Shown here: piece by piece, positions 23,746 through 36,795 of the stretch | Layout: each line of letters begins with the position of its first letter | Numbering within the stretch: position 1 is the first letter of the stretch | Origin: Sphyrna mokarran | Taxonomy: Eukaryota | Length of the DNA: 64,000 bases | Assembly: GCA_024679065.1 (NCBI GenBank) | Contig: JAGIQG010000012.1 | Location: 23,498,001 to 23,562,000 of the forward strand | Direction: 5' to 3' | Program-made: the position numbers and the translations under genes | The notes under the pieces: generated by a model | What the model saw: the letters and a program-made list of their open reading frames with translations, nothing else | Databases searched by the model: none | What the model was told of the DNA's origin: nothing

Positions 23746-23989
23746 GTACGTATAGTACTTAATTCAAAAAATTCACAATTGAGATTTCTGTAATAATGGC
23801 AATAAATTCATTTGTAGTAGTTGTAGTAGAGTTCTTGATCCTTTTTTAAGTTATTCATAGCCTGTTCCCTGTTCCAAAATAAAAGTTTGATCTTGAAATT
23901 CATACATTCAAACCATTAAGAGAGAAAGTGAAAGAAATGTGCTCAGTTATGCTGAGAGATGAGAATTGAAAGTTTTGGGGCCTATGTTT

Positions 23990-24780
23990 GAGTCTTGTTT
24001 TAAATTTGTGCCCTCTGGCTCACAAATGAGAACATTTTTTTTCTCCCTGCCTGCTGTGTCTAGACCCCACATGATGTTGAATGCTTCCTGTTAAATCATC
24101 TTCTTTTCAGCTGCCTTCTCACCTCAGGAAATGGTCCCGACTTCCCCAATCTGTCTTTGTAATTGAAGGTTCTCGTCCTAGGAACCGCTGTTGAGAATCT
24201 TTTCTGCCCTCTCTCCAATGCTTTTACACCCTTCCTGAAGTGAGGCCCAGTATTCCAGCTGAAGCAGAACTAGTGTCTTGTCCAGATTCAACATAACTTT
24301 CTTGCTCTAGTATTTGGCTGTGCCCTTGTTAGTAAAGCTCAGGATACCGTATGCTTTATGAACCACGCTCTCAACTTCTCTGCTTACCACCTTCAATGAC
24401 TAATGCATGTATGGATCCAGGTATCTCTATTTATGCACTCCCGTTTTGAATTGTGCCCATTACCTTGTACCTCCCGTGTTCTCTTTTACTAAAATGTATC
24501 ATTTCACATTTCTCTGCATTGAACTTCATTTCCATCTATCCATCCCACTACCTTATTTATGACACTTTGAAGTCCGCCACTATCTTCCTCAATTCACAAT
24601 ATATCAAAGCTTCATAAAATCTGTAAATTTTGAAATTAGAAACATAGACATAAAAACTAGAAACAGGAGTAAGCCATTTGGCTGTTTTGAGTCTGCTCTG
24701 CCATTCATTTTAATCATAGCTGATCATCAAATTCAATATCCGTTGATCCTGTTAGCCCCAAGAGTTCTATCTAATTGTGC
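23990..24780 (-). mobile_element. CR1 LINE fragments, antisense (RT C-terminal region plus a separate 3' tail at ~24637-24780)
   Basis: aatcttttctgccctctctccaatgcttttacacccttcctg and gcattgaacttcatttccatc are antisense CR1 ORF2; tail tagaaacatagacata...caggagtaagccatttggc. Confidence 0.75.
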
Positions 24781-24887
24781 CCTTTTTGCACAGGGCTAGA
24801 TGATTGATATGTTTCCGGAAAAAACAAGAGTCCCACTAACACCTCTGTACAAACCTGGCTCCAGACTGAAAAACATCCATTAACACT

Positions 24888-25100
24888 GAAATAAAAACAA
24901 AATACTCTGGATGCTGGAAATCTGATATAAAACAGAAAATGCTGAATAAACACTCTATATGTGGAGAGGGAAAGCGTTAACATTTTAAGTCTCCATGACT
25001 TGTTCAGAGCTGAAAAGGGGTAGAAATGTGATGCATTATATAGTTAGAGCTCAGGCTGCAGAAGATGGAGCAGAAAAGGTCAAGAATCTGTGGAAGCTAA
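24888..25100 (-). mobile_element. Penelope-like 3' remnant of the same family as 15430-15533, with a degenerate hammerhead
   Basis: Minus strand ctctgaacaagtcatggagacttaaaatgttaac...cagcattttctgttttatatcagatttccagcatcc. Confidence 0.6.
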
Positions 25101-25637
25101 GAATAGATGACAAAGATGTCATGGATCCAAACAAAGGGAGTCTTAATTAAAAAACTAAAAAAGCTGCTGATAATGGCACAGGTAAGGTTAATGTATTAAT
25201 AGGAGAGCAAAGGTTAGCTTCCAGTGAAAGCAAAATTAAAGAGCAAGTCTTCAGCTATAGTGTTAGAAAAACACAACCCCCAAATGGTGTGAATGAAGGC
25301 TGAATAAGCACACGACAGTTATTTTTCTCATTCGGTCTTCACATTGCGTTCACAGAAATTAAATGTGAAGTTGTTCCTTCACTTCATTGTCTAAATTGGT
25401 GTCTTAATGATGTGCCTCATGGCCCAACTCTTAAGAGAATATTTTTAATGCTTCATATGAAACTACTTGAAAGGTCCCACCGTTTCAACCAAAACAGATT
25501 TGATTTTTGTTTCCGTCAAACCAAGAATACAATTTCTGGATCTACATTACTTTTAGTGGCATAGTTTTTTTGCCATAGTACTTAAGGCATACCACCTTGA
25601 TCACTTTCTTCCTTTTGATACCTTTCCTGATTTGCAG

Positions 25638-25791
25638 TTTCTGATTCACTGTGAAGGAACGCGATTTACAGAGAAAAAACACCAGATCAGCATGCAGGTG
25701 GCTGAAGCAAAAGGTTTACCCAAACTAAAGTACCACCTACTCCCCCGCACAAAAGGCTTTGCGCTTACTGTGCAGTGTCTAAGGAATGTTG
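25638..25791 (+). CDS. AGPAT4: AGPAT4 coding exon, 154 bp, with EGTR and LLPRTKG motifs
   Basis: Acceptor cctttcctgatttgcag|TTT and donor GTTG|gtaagg. Encodes FLIHCEGTRFTEKKHQISMQVAEAKGLPKLKYHLLPRTKGFALTVQCLRNV. Confidence 0.96.
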
Positions 25792-26815
25792 GTAAGGGTA
25801 CAAGTGATTATAATATTTGTATGAAAGCTACAGTATACTGCTCGAGATGTAAAAAAGATTTATCTACAAGTTAATTTCTAACTGAGATTGCCTGGTTTAC
25901 AAGATCCAGCTTGCTAGTTCAGAAGTAGGAATGTGAAGCAATCCATGTAGAAGTGAATATAAGCTGCTCTTGATTCTGTTTCAGAATTATCCTTGTTTTA
26001 TTTCTTGTTGCCCCATGCTGATGACAATATGGCTTACAAATTGGGATCAGGGTATTACTTTATTGCTGCAACTTAACTTTGTGAAAAATATATACTTATG
26101 AAAATATTGATGAAACATCAGACTTGTTACTTAATGCAAACATCATGGCCTCAAAACGAAAAAGTTCTTCTCATAACTTTTATATGTATAACCCAAGAAT
26201 TTGGGCCAGCATGATTCATAATAAGTGGTGGGTACAACTCTTCTGGGATTCCTGTACCTACTTCTACTGCTGTCACATTTGATCACGCCGACTTGTGAAC
26301 CCATACTTGGCTATTCGCTTCTCGGTGACTGTTGCGAAGTGGTTATTTTGGACTCTTTTTCCCTTTACAATTTTCGTGTGGTCAGGCTGGCTTTTGGAGG
26401 CAATGTAATTCACACTAGCTCAGAAATTCATGAACCTTGATGGAACCCATCATGGTTTGGAGTCCAGAATTACATATTGGCTAAGTTCAAAAGGCGTTGC
26501 CAACTTCGTCATAATGAAATGCTGCATATACAGTTTTGATGGATGGAGGGACTTTGTTTTGAAAAGGTTAGTGCCCATCAAGTTGAATGGTGTTGCAAAA
26601 GTGAAAATGTCTTCAGCTGTGTTTAGAGTACATTATCTGCTGGATACAATGTTGTTTTATATTCTAAAAATGTTCAGATTTGATTGTCAGTTGTTTCGTT
26701 TGCATTTGTTTTTGAAGTTTAGCTCAGGTATCTGATTGGCTGTTTCAAAACTTTGACAAGTGGCTGAGTTTCTGGCTGAATTCAGTGGTTTTATTTATTG
26801 AGCCCTGGAGATCTC

Positions 26816-26965
26816 GAAATTAGGAGCATAAATGGGCCATTCAGCCCAGCTGCTCTGCCATTCAATGAGATCACAACTGGTTAGATATGATAATCCACAA
26901 TTCCACTTTGCCATCTTATCTGTGTAACCCTTGGTTCTCTTAATGATTAAAAACGTATGTCTATA
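26816..26965 (-). mobile_element. CR1 3' tail fragment
   Basis: gaaattaggagc...ggccattcagccc...ctgctctgccattcaatgagatc is the antisense CR1 3' UTR motif. Confidence 0.65.
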
Positions 26966-27500
26966 GAATCTTATTACAAATGTTTGGCTGAGTTTCAAAC
27001 CTAATAATTGTGTTTCAGCACAACATGGGCTATTGATCTTACTGTCCAGGGGACTCGGTTAAGTTAAATTGAGAGATTTATGACCAGTTTAAAGGTTCAT
27101 AATGAAGGTAAACCATTTAACCTAGTCATCTTGGTATCTGCATGCTTCTGTATCTATCCTGGGCTCTGAGCAGGAAGCAGCAGATTTGAATACAGCCTAT
27201 TCCTCTTAGGAAAATAGTTGGGAGGGAGCAGTGAGGCACTGCCTATCAGGAGGTAGAATTGCAATGTTGGGGAATCCACATCTGCCAATTCCTGCTTCAA
27301 AGATAAATCTGCCCTTTTGCCTCAACAAAATAATGAAACTACAATGATAGACATCAGACATGTAATTTTGACTAAATATGTTTTGTCTTTTAGTAGTTGG
27401 CCTGTGTTATTATTGGCTTTATTTGAACATGATTCATTTATAATTGTAGATTATATTTGGCTTTTATTGTATTGTTTTCAACTGAAATTATTTCCTTTAG

Positions 27501-27603
27501 TTCCAGCTGTATATGATGCTACATTAAATTTCAGAAATGGTGAAAACCCAACATTGTTAGGAACTTTGCATGGCAAAAAATACCATGCAGATCTACATGT
27601 TCG
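27501..27603 (+). CDS. AGPAT4: AGPAT4 coding exon, 103 bp
   Basis: Acceptor tatttcctttag|TT and donor TCG|gtaaga. Encodes (V)PAVYDATLNFRNGENPTLLGTLHGKKYHADLHV(R). Confidence 0.95.
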
Positions 27604-28074
27604 GTAAGATACTGAAGTGCATGTGATTTGTGCAACAAATTTCTGTTGTCTTTTGTTAGTGTTTGGCTCTAATATTTATGTGGGTGGAGGGAGCAGGGAA
27701 GAAATGATGAGTGTGGAGTATGAGATATTGCAACATGTTGATAAAATTGGAGGCCAGGAATGATATGGTGGGGTGGCATAAGGTTGGAGATCGCAGGCCA
27801 GGAAAGCAATTGTGGGCTGTGGAATTCATTAGATTGCTGGTGAGGGAAAAGGGAGTAGGGTGGAACCTAACTTCATGGGAGGTTAACAAGATCGGGTGGT
27901 AGCCTTGCAAAAAATGCTGAAAAAAAACAATTTGTCTGTGTCGTCCAACAGTCACTGTTTCCCTTCAGCTTCCACTTTTCTTGAGGCCTGGGAACCTCAG
28001 CCAGCCAGTGTTAAAAGCTGAAGGAGAGAGAAAATCATTGGCAGGCAGCCTTATTAAAATATTAAAAGGAGGAC

Positions 28075-30690
28075 AGTGCATTCCAGATCACAACAACTCA
28101 CTGAGGAAAGAAAAAAAATTGCTTCTTTTGCCAATCACCATAAATCTGTGTCCTCTGGTTACAGGCCTTTCTACCACTGGAAACAGTCTCTCCTTATTCA
28201 CCATCAAAACCCTCAATGATTTTGAACACTTCTATCAAACCTTCTCTTCGTCTCCTCTGCTGTAAGGACAACAACCCTAGCATGTTTTATTCTAAACAAC
28301 CTCATCAACTTGTCCTGTCACCTTCAAAGATTTGTGCACTTGCAGGTCCGGATCTTTAGTCATAGAGTTATAGATGTTTACAACATGGAAGCAGGCTCTT
28401 TTGGCTCAACTTATCTATGCTGGCCAGTTTTTACCACCTAAGCTAGTCCCAGTTGCCTGCATTTGGCCTGTATCCCCCTCTACCCATCTCACTCGTGACT
28501 GTAAATACTTTTTAAAAGACAAAATTATACCTGCCTCTACTACTGCCCCTGGCAGCTCATTCCAGATACTCACCATTCTCTGAGTGGAAAAAATGCCCCT
28601 CTGGACTCTTTTTGTAACTCTCCTCTCTTACCTTATACCTATACCCTCTGGTTTTCAACTCCCCTACTTTTGGGGAAAAATGTTGACTGTTTCTTATTTA
28701 TGCTCCACGTTATTTTATAGACCTCCATAAAATCATCCGTAAGCCTTCTACACTCCAGGGGGAATGTATCCTGCCTCTCCTTTTAAGTTCAACCATAACC
28801 CTAGTAGCATCCTAATAGATCTTTTCTGAGCTCTTTCTAGTTTAATAATATCCTTTTATGTAATAGGGGATCAGAACAATACCCATTAGTAAGGCTACAC
28901 ATGGAATACTATCTTCAAGACGCCCCAAATCCTGTATTTACTGCTCTGACCAATGAAACAAGCATGCCAAATGCTGCTTTCACTATCTTGTTCATCTGTG
29001 ACTCCACTTCCAAAGAGCTATGAACCTGTACTTCTAGATCTTTGTTCTATAACTGTCCCCAACACCTTGTCATTAACTGAATAGGTCCTGCCCCAATTCA
29101 ATCTACCAAAATGCTTATGTAATATTTATGTAAATTAAACTCCATTTGCCATTCATTGGCACACTAGCCCAATTAATCAAAATCCCGTTGCAGTCCTAGA
29201 TACTTTCTCCACTATCCACTATGCCACCAATCTTGGTGTTATCTACAAGCTTGCTAATCATGCCCCATAAATTCTTATCCAGATCATTAATATAAATGAC
29301 ATGTAAGTGAATCCAGCACCAATCCCTGAGGCATGCTGCTAGTTGCAGCCTCCAATTTAAAAAATAACCCCCTACAACCTGTCTTCTGTTGTGAAGCCAA
29401 TTTTTTAATCCAATTGGTGACCACATCCTGGGACCCTGTGAGATTTAACCTTTTGTATAGCAAATAACCAAGGACCTTATCAAAGGCCTTGCTAAAGCCC
29501 ATAAAGACAACGTCGACAGCACTGCCCTCATCTACCTCCTTGGTTACCCCTTCAAAAAACTCAAAATTCATGAGACATGATTTTTCCATTCTCAAAGCCA
29601 TGTTGACTATCCCTAATCAGTGCTTGCCTTTCTAATCGCGTGTAGATCCTATCTCTCAGAATACCTTCAAACAATTTATCCACTACAAACGTTGGGCTCA
29701 CCGGTCTGTACTTCCCAGGCTTTTTCCTGCAGCCCTTCTTAAAGAAAGGCACCTCACCTCATTTCTTTTCCTGCATCCTCTGAATCAGAATTGTTACTGT
29801 ATAGAAAAGTGCCATTTGACCCTTCATTTCTGTGCCAGCTCTCCAAATAAACAATGCATCTGTGCCACTCCTGCATCCTCTCCCTGTAACCTGCACATTC
29901 TTCCTTTTTAGATAACCAATTCTGTCTTGAATGTCTTGCTTGAACTTGCTTGTACTGCACTCTTCAATAGTATGTTCAGATCTTAACTGCTGCATGAATA
30001 AAGTTCTCATCTCACTGTTGTTTCTTTTGCCAATTACCTTAAGTCTATGCCCTCCTTACCTTGATTCTTCCATTAGTAGGAACAGTTCTTCCCCTGTCTG
30101 TCCAGACCCTTCATAATTTTTGAACACTAACAATCTCCCAACCTTCTGCTTCCCTAAAGGAACGGTCCCAATTTGTCCACATAATTGTAGATCCTCATCC
30201 CTGGAACCATTCACGTCTGCAATCTCCCTAATACTTTCACATCTTCCTAAACTGCGGTACCAGAACTGGACTTGGTATTCCATTTGAGGCTACTGTGTTA
30301 AGTTTAACAATATCCATTTGTTCTCTATACGCTGGTTAATAAAGGCTAAGGTGAGATATTATTTATTAATTGCTCTCTCAAACTGTCCTTTCATCTTCAA
30401 TGATTTACACACATATACACCCAGCTCCTTCAACAGCTTCTCTAGAATTGTACCCTTGATTTTACATTGTCTCTCTGAATTCTGTCTATCAAAATGAATC
30501 ATTTTACATTTCACTGCATTAAATTTCACCTGCTACTTGAATATCCATTCCACCAACCTGTCTAGACCGTTTCAAGTTCTACACTACGCTCTGTTCACAA
30601 TACTTCTAAGTTTTGTATCATCCATAAATATTGGAATTGTGGCATGTATATTGAAATCTGAGGCCATTAATATATATTAGGAAGAACAAG
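28075..30690 (-). mobile_element. Cluster of antisense CR1 LINE fragments: 28075-28330, 28358-29755 and 29780-30690
   Basis: Track ORFs give PFFKKGCRKKPGKYRPVSPT, FFEGVTKEVDEGSAVDVVFMGFSKAFDKV, IYINDLD...ISKLVDNTKIGG and EYQVQFW. Two distinct CR1 tails begin at ~28358 and ~29782. Confidence 0.85.
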
Positions 30691-30915
30691 AATCATAGAA
30701 TCCTTACATTGCAGAAAGAGGCCATCTGGCCCATCAGATCTGCACTGACTCTCTGAAAGAGCATCCCATCCAGGCTCTCCCCTCTGCCGTATTCCCCTAA
30801 TCACTTACACCTTTGGAAGCCAAAGTGCAATTTAACATGGCCAGACCATCTAACATGCTCATCATTGGACTGTGGGAGGAAATCCTTGCAGACATGGGAA
30901 GAATGTACAGATGGC
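30691..30915 (-). mobile_element. 5'-truncated HE1-type V-SINE
   Basis: aatcatagaatccttacattgcagaaagaggccatctggcccatc...ttggactgtgggaggaaa...gcagacatgggaagaatgtaca. Confidence 0.75.
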
Positions 30916-32772
30916 ACTACAAACTTCCATCTGGGACCGTAAGACATCCATCAATCATGACTCTACTTGTCATTCTGTCAATTTCGTATCCATGTTGCTA
31001 CGCTCCCATTTATTCCAAAAGGTATAACTTTATGCAGCTGCGCTGTTTTAAAAAAATGTTCTGAACACCTCTAGGAACTGTTGCGCTTTTCTCCTTTTTA
31101 CTCTATTGCTATCTCAATCAGTATTTGAACAATTAAAGCACAGCAAGACGCACACCTGTTCCCTATGATTTTTGCATCAGCCTGTAATTTCCTTGCAGAT
31201 TTGTTCCTTTACATTTCTTCTTCTAATCAATGGTCCAAAGAGATATCATTGTGTTTTTTTTGTCCCTTAGCTCCAGTCAAATAGATTCTATCCATGATGC
31301 CCCTGAATCATTCTTTTGTTCTGGCAGGCCACCCTCATTCTTTTCATTCTTTTCTATTTTGCTGAGCATCTTGTGTCCAAGATTATTTAATCCCCACTTC
31401 TGCTCCTCTTCAGATCAGGTCTCTGCTCCAGCCACAACATGGCAATCTGAGCCTGTAACTCACCAACTTTCTTTTAAAAAGGACCCATTTATTTCACTTG
31501 CATCTCTTCATTCTTCATACTAATATGTGTCATTTACATTTCTCTGTGCTAGATTTCATCCACTATGTCTTTCCATTTTACCAGTCTAGTCATGACCTCC
31601 TGATGTACGTTATGGTCCTTCTCATTGTTTACTATTACTCTGTTCCATCATCTAATTATTCCCAGTGTACCAAATCCAAGTCGTTAACATGTATTCAAAC
31701 GAAATTGTGAGCTTGATATCAATCCCTGGGAAACATGACTGTATACTTCTGTCCAGTCTGAAAGAGGACTGTTAACCACTAGTATTTTCTATTCCTTAAC
31801 CAATTTTCTATCCATGCCACCTCTGTCCCTTTTTTTTTCATTTTGTTAATCCAGTTAATTGATACTTTGTCAAATATTTTTGAAAACCCATATACTCAAA
31901 AGTCAACCACAATTTCCTTACTAACCCTCGCCATGACTTTATCAGAGAGTATTAACAAATTAGTCAAACACAATTTACCTTCAACAAATCTGTTAACTTT
32001 TATTTCTTTGACCATATGTTTCAAATTCCAATTAATTGTTTTAGAAGTATGCCTGCCATTAACATTTATCCTTAATTGTCAGATTATTTCGGAGAAGGGT
32101 GAAATTGGACAAAGCACAATAGGCAATGCATTCCATCAAGCTTTGTTCTTCAACACTTATTATCAACAGCTGACAGCTGTACACAGGAGCTTGCATTTTG
32201 CACTGCTATTTCAGGATCATAATCTTGCAAATCTAAGGAAAAAATGGATAATACTAAAATCTTCTCCCTTTAAAATTGACTAGTTATATATTTTTGTTAA
32301 ACTTGAACTTACTAAGGTATTTTGGGAAGAGGGATCAATTTTGAATAGGTTGAAATAATATTCAGTACCTGCTGAATGAAATTTACATTTGAAGGCCTCC
32401 TGTCAGAAATGGTAGAGTTCCATGTGAAGTAAATGCTGTCTGAGCCCAGATCTTATCTGATGGCTACATACCTATAATCCGAAAATGAGTGAATCACTGA
32501 TGGCAGTGACATCTTGATAGTTTACCCCCAATGATTTCATGAGCAGGTCAATAAATTGAAGGCAGTAAAACTCATGATCAGCACATCCTATACATTTTGA
32601 GATGGTCTGAGTGCATTGTCCAAACTTCCAAAATTAACACTTCATAAATTCTCAGGTGTGTCTGTTAGAGAATAACTAGACTAAAAGGAAAAATGATGAC
32701 TTTGGATTTGTATATCATACTTCATGACTACAGCACTGCGCTACAAATAGAACTTTGACAACTTCACCAAAA

Positions 32773-33102
32773 GGTAGCATGGTGGCACAATGGTTAATAC
32801 TGCTGTCTCACAGCACCCGGGACTCAGGTTTGATTCTAGCTTTGGGTGACTGTGTGGAGTTTTCATGTTCTCCCTTGGTCTGTGTGGGTTTTCTCCCACA
32901 GTCCAAAGATGTACAGATTAGGTGGATTGGCCGTGCTAAATTGACTCTTAGTGCCCAAATGTGTTTAGGTAGGTGGATTAGCCAGGGTAAATGTATGGGG
33001 TTACAGGAATTAGGGTAGGGATGGGCCAGGGTTGAATGCTCTTTCAGAGTTGGTGCAGACATGGTGGGCTGAATGGCCACTTTCTGCAGATAGAATTCTA
33101 TG
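32773..33102 (+). mobile_element. Full-length HE1-type V-SINE
   Basis: ggtagcatggtggcacaatggttaatactgctgtctcacagc...ggtttgattc...gtgtggagttttcatgttctcc...cccacagtccaaagatgt...gggctgaatggccactttctgcagatagaattctatg. Confidence 0.88.
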
Positions 33103-33300
33103 GGTGGAATTTTCTGGTTTTTCGAAGATGGAAGATGGCATGCTGTTCGATGTTGGTGGGATTCTCTAGTCTCACCACTGTCAATGGAATTTCCCATTTG
33201 AATTTACCCCGTACCTTCAGCGGGGTAATCCTTAGGCAGAAGTATGCTGTGAGTGGGACCAGGGAATCCTGCTGCTGTGAACGATTTGCATTCTCTGGCC
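33103..33300. mobile_element. Short MITE-like repeat with internal inverted symmetry
   Basis: gggattctctagtctcacc pairs with gtgggaccagggaatcc; central caatggaatttcccatt; ends ggtggaattttct and attctctggcc. Confidence 0.5.
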
Positions 33301-33552
33301 AATGTGTATGTTCAAAGTAGCCCAAAAACCAATTGAGGATGAGCAATAAATAATTTGGTGGCAACATCCATATCCCAAGAAAGATTAATGAGAAAACATG
33401 TATTTTTTTCTTTTTAACTGTATTAAAAATATCAGCCCAAGAAAGTTTGTTTATTGTTATAATGGAAAGAGACATGATGTTTGTTTCAAATTTATGTAGT
33501 ATGAATATTTTTGATGTATTAACGTTTTAAAGCTTTTCTTGTTGATCTGCAG

Positions 33553-33628
33553 ACGCATCCCATTGGAAGAGATTCCTGAAGATGAACAGGCATGTGCTGC
33601 CTGGCTTCATAAACTGTACCAAGAAAAG
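33553..33628 (+). CDS. AGPAT4: AGPAT4 coding exon, 76 bp
   Basis: Acceptor ttttcttgttgatctgcag|A and donor AAG|gtgagt. Encodes RIPLEEIPEDEQACAAWLHKLYQEK. Confidence 0.95.
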
Positions 33629-34640
33629 GTGAGTTTGTCAGTTCAATGGTAAAGAAATATTAATTGACTCACTTATGACGATGATATACCCTGTTTTCTG
33701 TAAGGCGACAGTAACCCAATTCATTTTTTGGTCCTGGAGTGATTTAAGATCATAAGAAATTTTTAATCGCAAGTGGATGGCAAATCAAACAAGACAGAAA
33801 ATGACTTGTTTCTGTTTGTATGCTGAAATCGTAACATTGTGCACATATCATATGTTAAAAATAGGAAATGCTGACCAATTTTACTTTGAGTAATGCCAAT
33901 GACAGAATTAATATTTTAGTTTGATCTTTCATTAGAACCAAAAAATGTTGAGATGTTTCAGATTTAAAGGTAAAGCAGCAAGGAAAGAAAAGAACACAAA
34001 GGATGTATGATGATTGGAGGGCAAGTAAGATAACGACCAGAGGTTTGAAAATTTAGAGTAGATTTGTCCTGAGGCAAACGGGAATAGCAAAATTGTTATC
34101 AGCAGTTGTGGTTTGATGAATAAGTGGCAGCAGAGATTTTGATCTGGAATTGTTGAACCTAATGTTAAGTCACAAGGCTGTGAAGTGCTTCATTAGAAGG
34201 CCCATACTTTTGCAGAAGGATTTGACAGTGAACTGTCAGTACTTGCCATTATTTCCCTTTTAAACTAACTGCATTTAGCCTGATCTCACAAACAAGGGAA
34301 TGGCAAAACATGTCACTGCATACTTCAATGGTAAGGAATCTTCCAGTAGAGACAGGTTTGGAGAAGCTGAGAGATGGTAACCAATTGTGTGCTCAGCTGA
34401 GCAGCTGAAGTCCTTTCCAGTAGGTAAAATAGCAGACTGAGGATTTCTTTGTTCTCAAAGGCATATAGAGACTTTTAAATGGTCACTTAAATCATATGAT
34501 CATTCTCCACAATTTCCAAAAAGGATCTGTGTGCAGTGGCTGGAACTAATTTTGACTTCAGGACTGATAATTTCGCAGTCGTTAGCTGTTGGAAGAGTTA
34601 CCATGTGCATTGAAGGTCTGGTGTTTAGAAGTCATTGTCT

Positions 34641-34768
34641 AGGCAGGAATTTTACCATCCTGCCCGTCACAGGAATCTGAGCAGACAGGGGAAGACCTTA
34701 GGAAAGTCCATTGACCTTGGGTGGGCTTTTTATGGTTTTGGGATGAGTGAGGCCATAAAATCTCACCC
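34641..34768. mobile_element. Short MITE with GGGCxGGATTTT-type terminal repeats
   Basis: Left end ggcaggaattttacc; right end reverse-complemented is gggtgagattttatg. Confidence 0.45.
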
Positions 34769-34989
34769 ATTGACTCCATTAGAAAGGTGAGCTCATCAAA
34801 TGCAAATACCAATCCTATGGCCCATTTGAAATGGGCTTGGATAGTTACAAACCTAATAAGATTTTGCAAGCATAATGAAATTTAATATATTTTGCTTTCT
34901 GTGATGACAAGGGTCTGTACAATGAAGTGCAGGATACAGCTGGTTGAGAAAATAATGATGTTGACCCCAGACAAAGGGACAACCTGTGG

Positions 34990-35108
34990 TTGTGTGACTG
35001 GGAAGAAACCAGACCACCTGGAGGAAACCCAGGCAGACATAGGGAGAACATACAAACTCCACACCCAAGCCACAAATCTAACCCACATCACTGGTGCTGT
35101 GAGGCAGC
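34990..35108 (-). mobile_element. V-SINE fragment (V-domain and partial head)
   Basis: gggaagaaaccagaccacctggaggaaacccaggcagacatagggagaacatacaaactccacac...gctgtgaggcagc. Confidence 0.75.
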
Positions 35109-35355
35109 TTGAAGAAGTTGAAACTTCTTGGGCAATTGCAACAGAATTCAACGTATCTGAAATTCCACAGGTCATGGCATGCATTTCAGTCATTCATTCA
35201 GTTTCCTTTCCGGAGATTTGATGATTTGGCCCGTTAATACTCTGTTTACAGAAATGACTAAAACTATCTAAGCAGTACCATGCAGACAATATGATGGATG
35301 AATCTTTGTTTAGAATCATATTTTTACTAAATATATATCCTGTTCCTAATTCTAG

Positions 35356-35554
35356 GATATGCTGCAGGAGGAATACTTCAAAAAAGGTTCTTTTCCAGGC
35401 AGTCCAATTGTACCACCAAAGAGACCGTGGGTCCTTGTAAATTGGCTGTTCTGGGCTGCATTGCTGCTGTTTCCTTTATTTAAACTAGTTGCTAATATGA
35501 TCTGCAATGGTTCTTCCTTGACGCTCATCACTTTTTCACTTATCATTGTTGCAG
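35356..35554 (+). CDS. AGPAT4: AGPAT4 coding exon, 199 bp, C-terminal hydrophobic/transmembrane segments
   Basis: Acceptor tgttcctaattctag|GAT and donor GCAG|gtaagt. Encodes DMLQEEYFKKGSFPGSPIVPPKRPWVLVNWLFWAALLLFPLFKLVANMICNGSSLTLITFSLIIVA. Confidence 0.95.
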
Positions 35555-36359
35555 GTAAGTCATATGGATTTGTGTTCCCATCTAGAATGTGAAGCATGTG
35601 CTCAGCATGAGTTTGAGTTGTGAAAAATGAACATGCTGTTTCTGCTAAACACCTTCTGGATTCTGGAGGAGGTTTGGCAAAAATACCCTTTTTGAAGAGT
35701 TTCTGATTTCCAAAACGTTTTTTTAACCTCAAGAATTCCTGCTTAATATATACAGCTGCTGCACTTTGAGTAACAGTTATATTTCAGAATTTATTCAGAT
35801 TCTGTCTTAAAATGTTTATTCTTGGATGTCAACTTATATCATAGTTGCATGTAGAGATTTGATGGTAGTGCATGTGCATGCTATCTTGGACTGAAGGTGG
35901 GCATCATGATTGAAATATGATGTTTCTTTCATCATGTTTAATCCATCTTCTGTGTATTTTTCTTGTCCTTCATGTTTTAACTCCTTTACCTGCAATTAAA
36001 TGATAGCTAGTGAAAGACTGGATCAGCATCTATTCTATTTATTTTTTGACAGTATATAAATTCAAAGAGATGAGTATCTGTGTGTAAAATCTTGTCTATG
36101 CTTGCATTTACTGATCTCTTCATTACCAAGGCTCTGCAGGAAGCTTCTATGTTCAACTTTTCATTCCTCATTGCTGTACACCCAAATCTGCTCTTGTGTT
36201 AAGCCACATATATCTGCCGCTGCTGATTTATGATACCAGTCTTTCCCAAAAAATACTGAATTTGATGCTGATTTGCATATATTTGCTTGACTTTGCTCCA
36301 TCTCAACATGTTAACAATACATCCTTCACTCTTCTTCCTTCCCTCATTGCTTTTTTTTT

Positions 36360-36700
36360 GAGCACTTCCCACATCTTGGCAGCTCTCTGACTCAAAGTCA
36401 CCATTGAGGACATCCAACACCAGATCAGCCTTCTACAAACTGACAGTGAGTGTTTGACAGGAAGCACCTCCATTAACAAAAGTTCTAAATGTACAGAACA
36501 GTTCTGTTCAATACACCCCTCTACAGCAGTAAGCTCTGATACTGACACGTAAGAGCACTGGAAACATTTTTTCAGTAATGTCACTGCTGCATCCTCCCGA
36601 TTGAGTATTGTTCAACAAAAATGACTATCATTTAGCCAACTCCACAAGCATTCAGAGCAAACTCCTGCAAAATCAACTTTAATAGATTGAATGCTGGATG
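36360..36700 (+). mobile_element. RTE-clade LINE remnant (ORF C-terminal region)
   Basis: cacttcccacatcttggcagc resembles HFPYLGS; gacatccaacac...tcagccttc...gtgtttga resembles IQHR..SAF..RVF; atgtacagaacagtt resembles MYRAV. Confidence 0.55.
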
Positions 36701-36719
36701 GCTGGAAAGTGTTTCTTCC

Positions 36720-36795
36720 ACCAGGGAGCAATTAGAGATGGGCAATAAATTCATCCCTATTTAGCAATGCACGCACACCATGAATAAAAAAAAAT
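36720..36795 (+). mobile_element. LINE 3' tail of the gcaattagggatgggcaataaatgc family; sister copies at ~39285-39375 (+), ~52165-52420 (-) and ~62850-63107 (+)
   Basis: gcaattagagatgggcaataaattc...gcaatgcacgcacaccatgaataaaaaaaaa, with matching motifs at the listed sites. Confidence 0.6.

Noticed and set aside
31843-32283. 146-aa ORF
   Set aside because: Largely antisense to decayed CR1 RT sequence; no coherent protein.
32773-32850. tRNA-like sequences at SINE heads (also ~22820-22897 and ~61240-61308)
   Set aside because: They are tRNA-derived SINE promoters with no intact cloverleaf, and they continue into V-domain and LINE tail.
35352-35732. 126-aa minus-strand ORF
   Set aside because: Antisense shadow of the AGPAT4 exon at 35356-35554.
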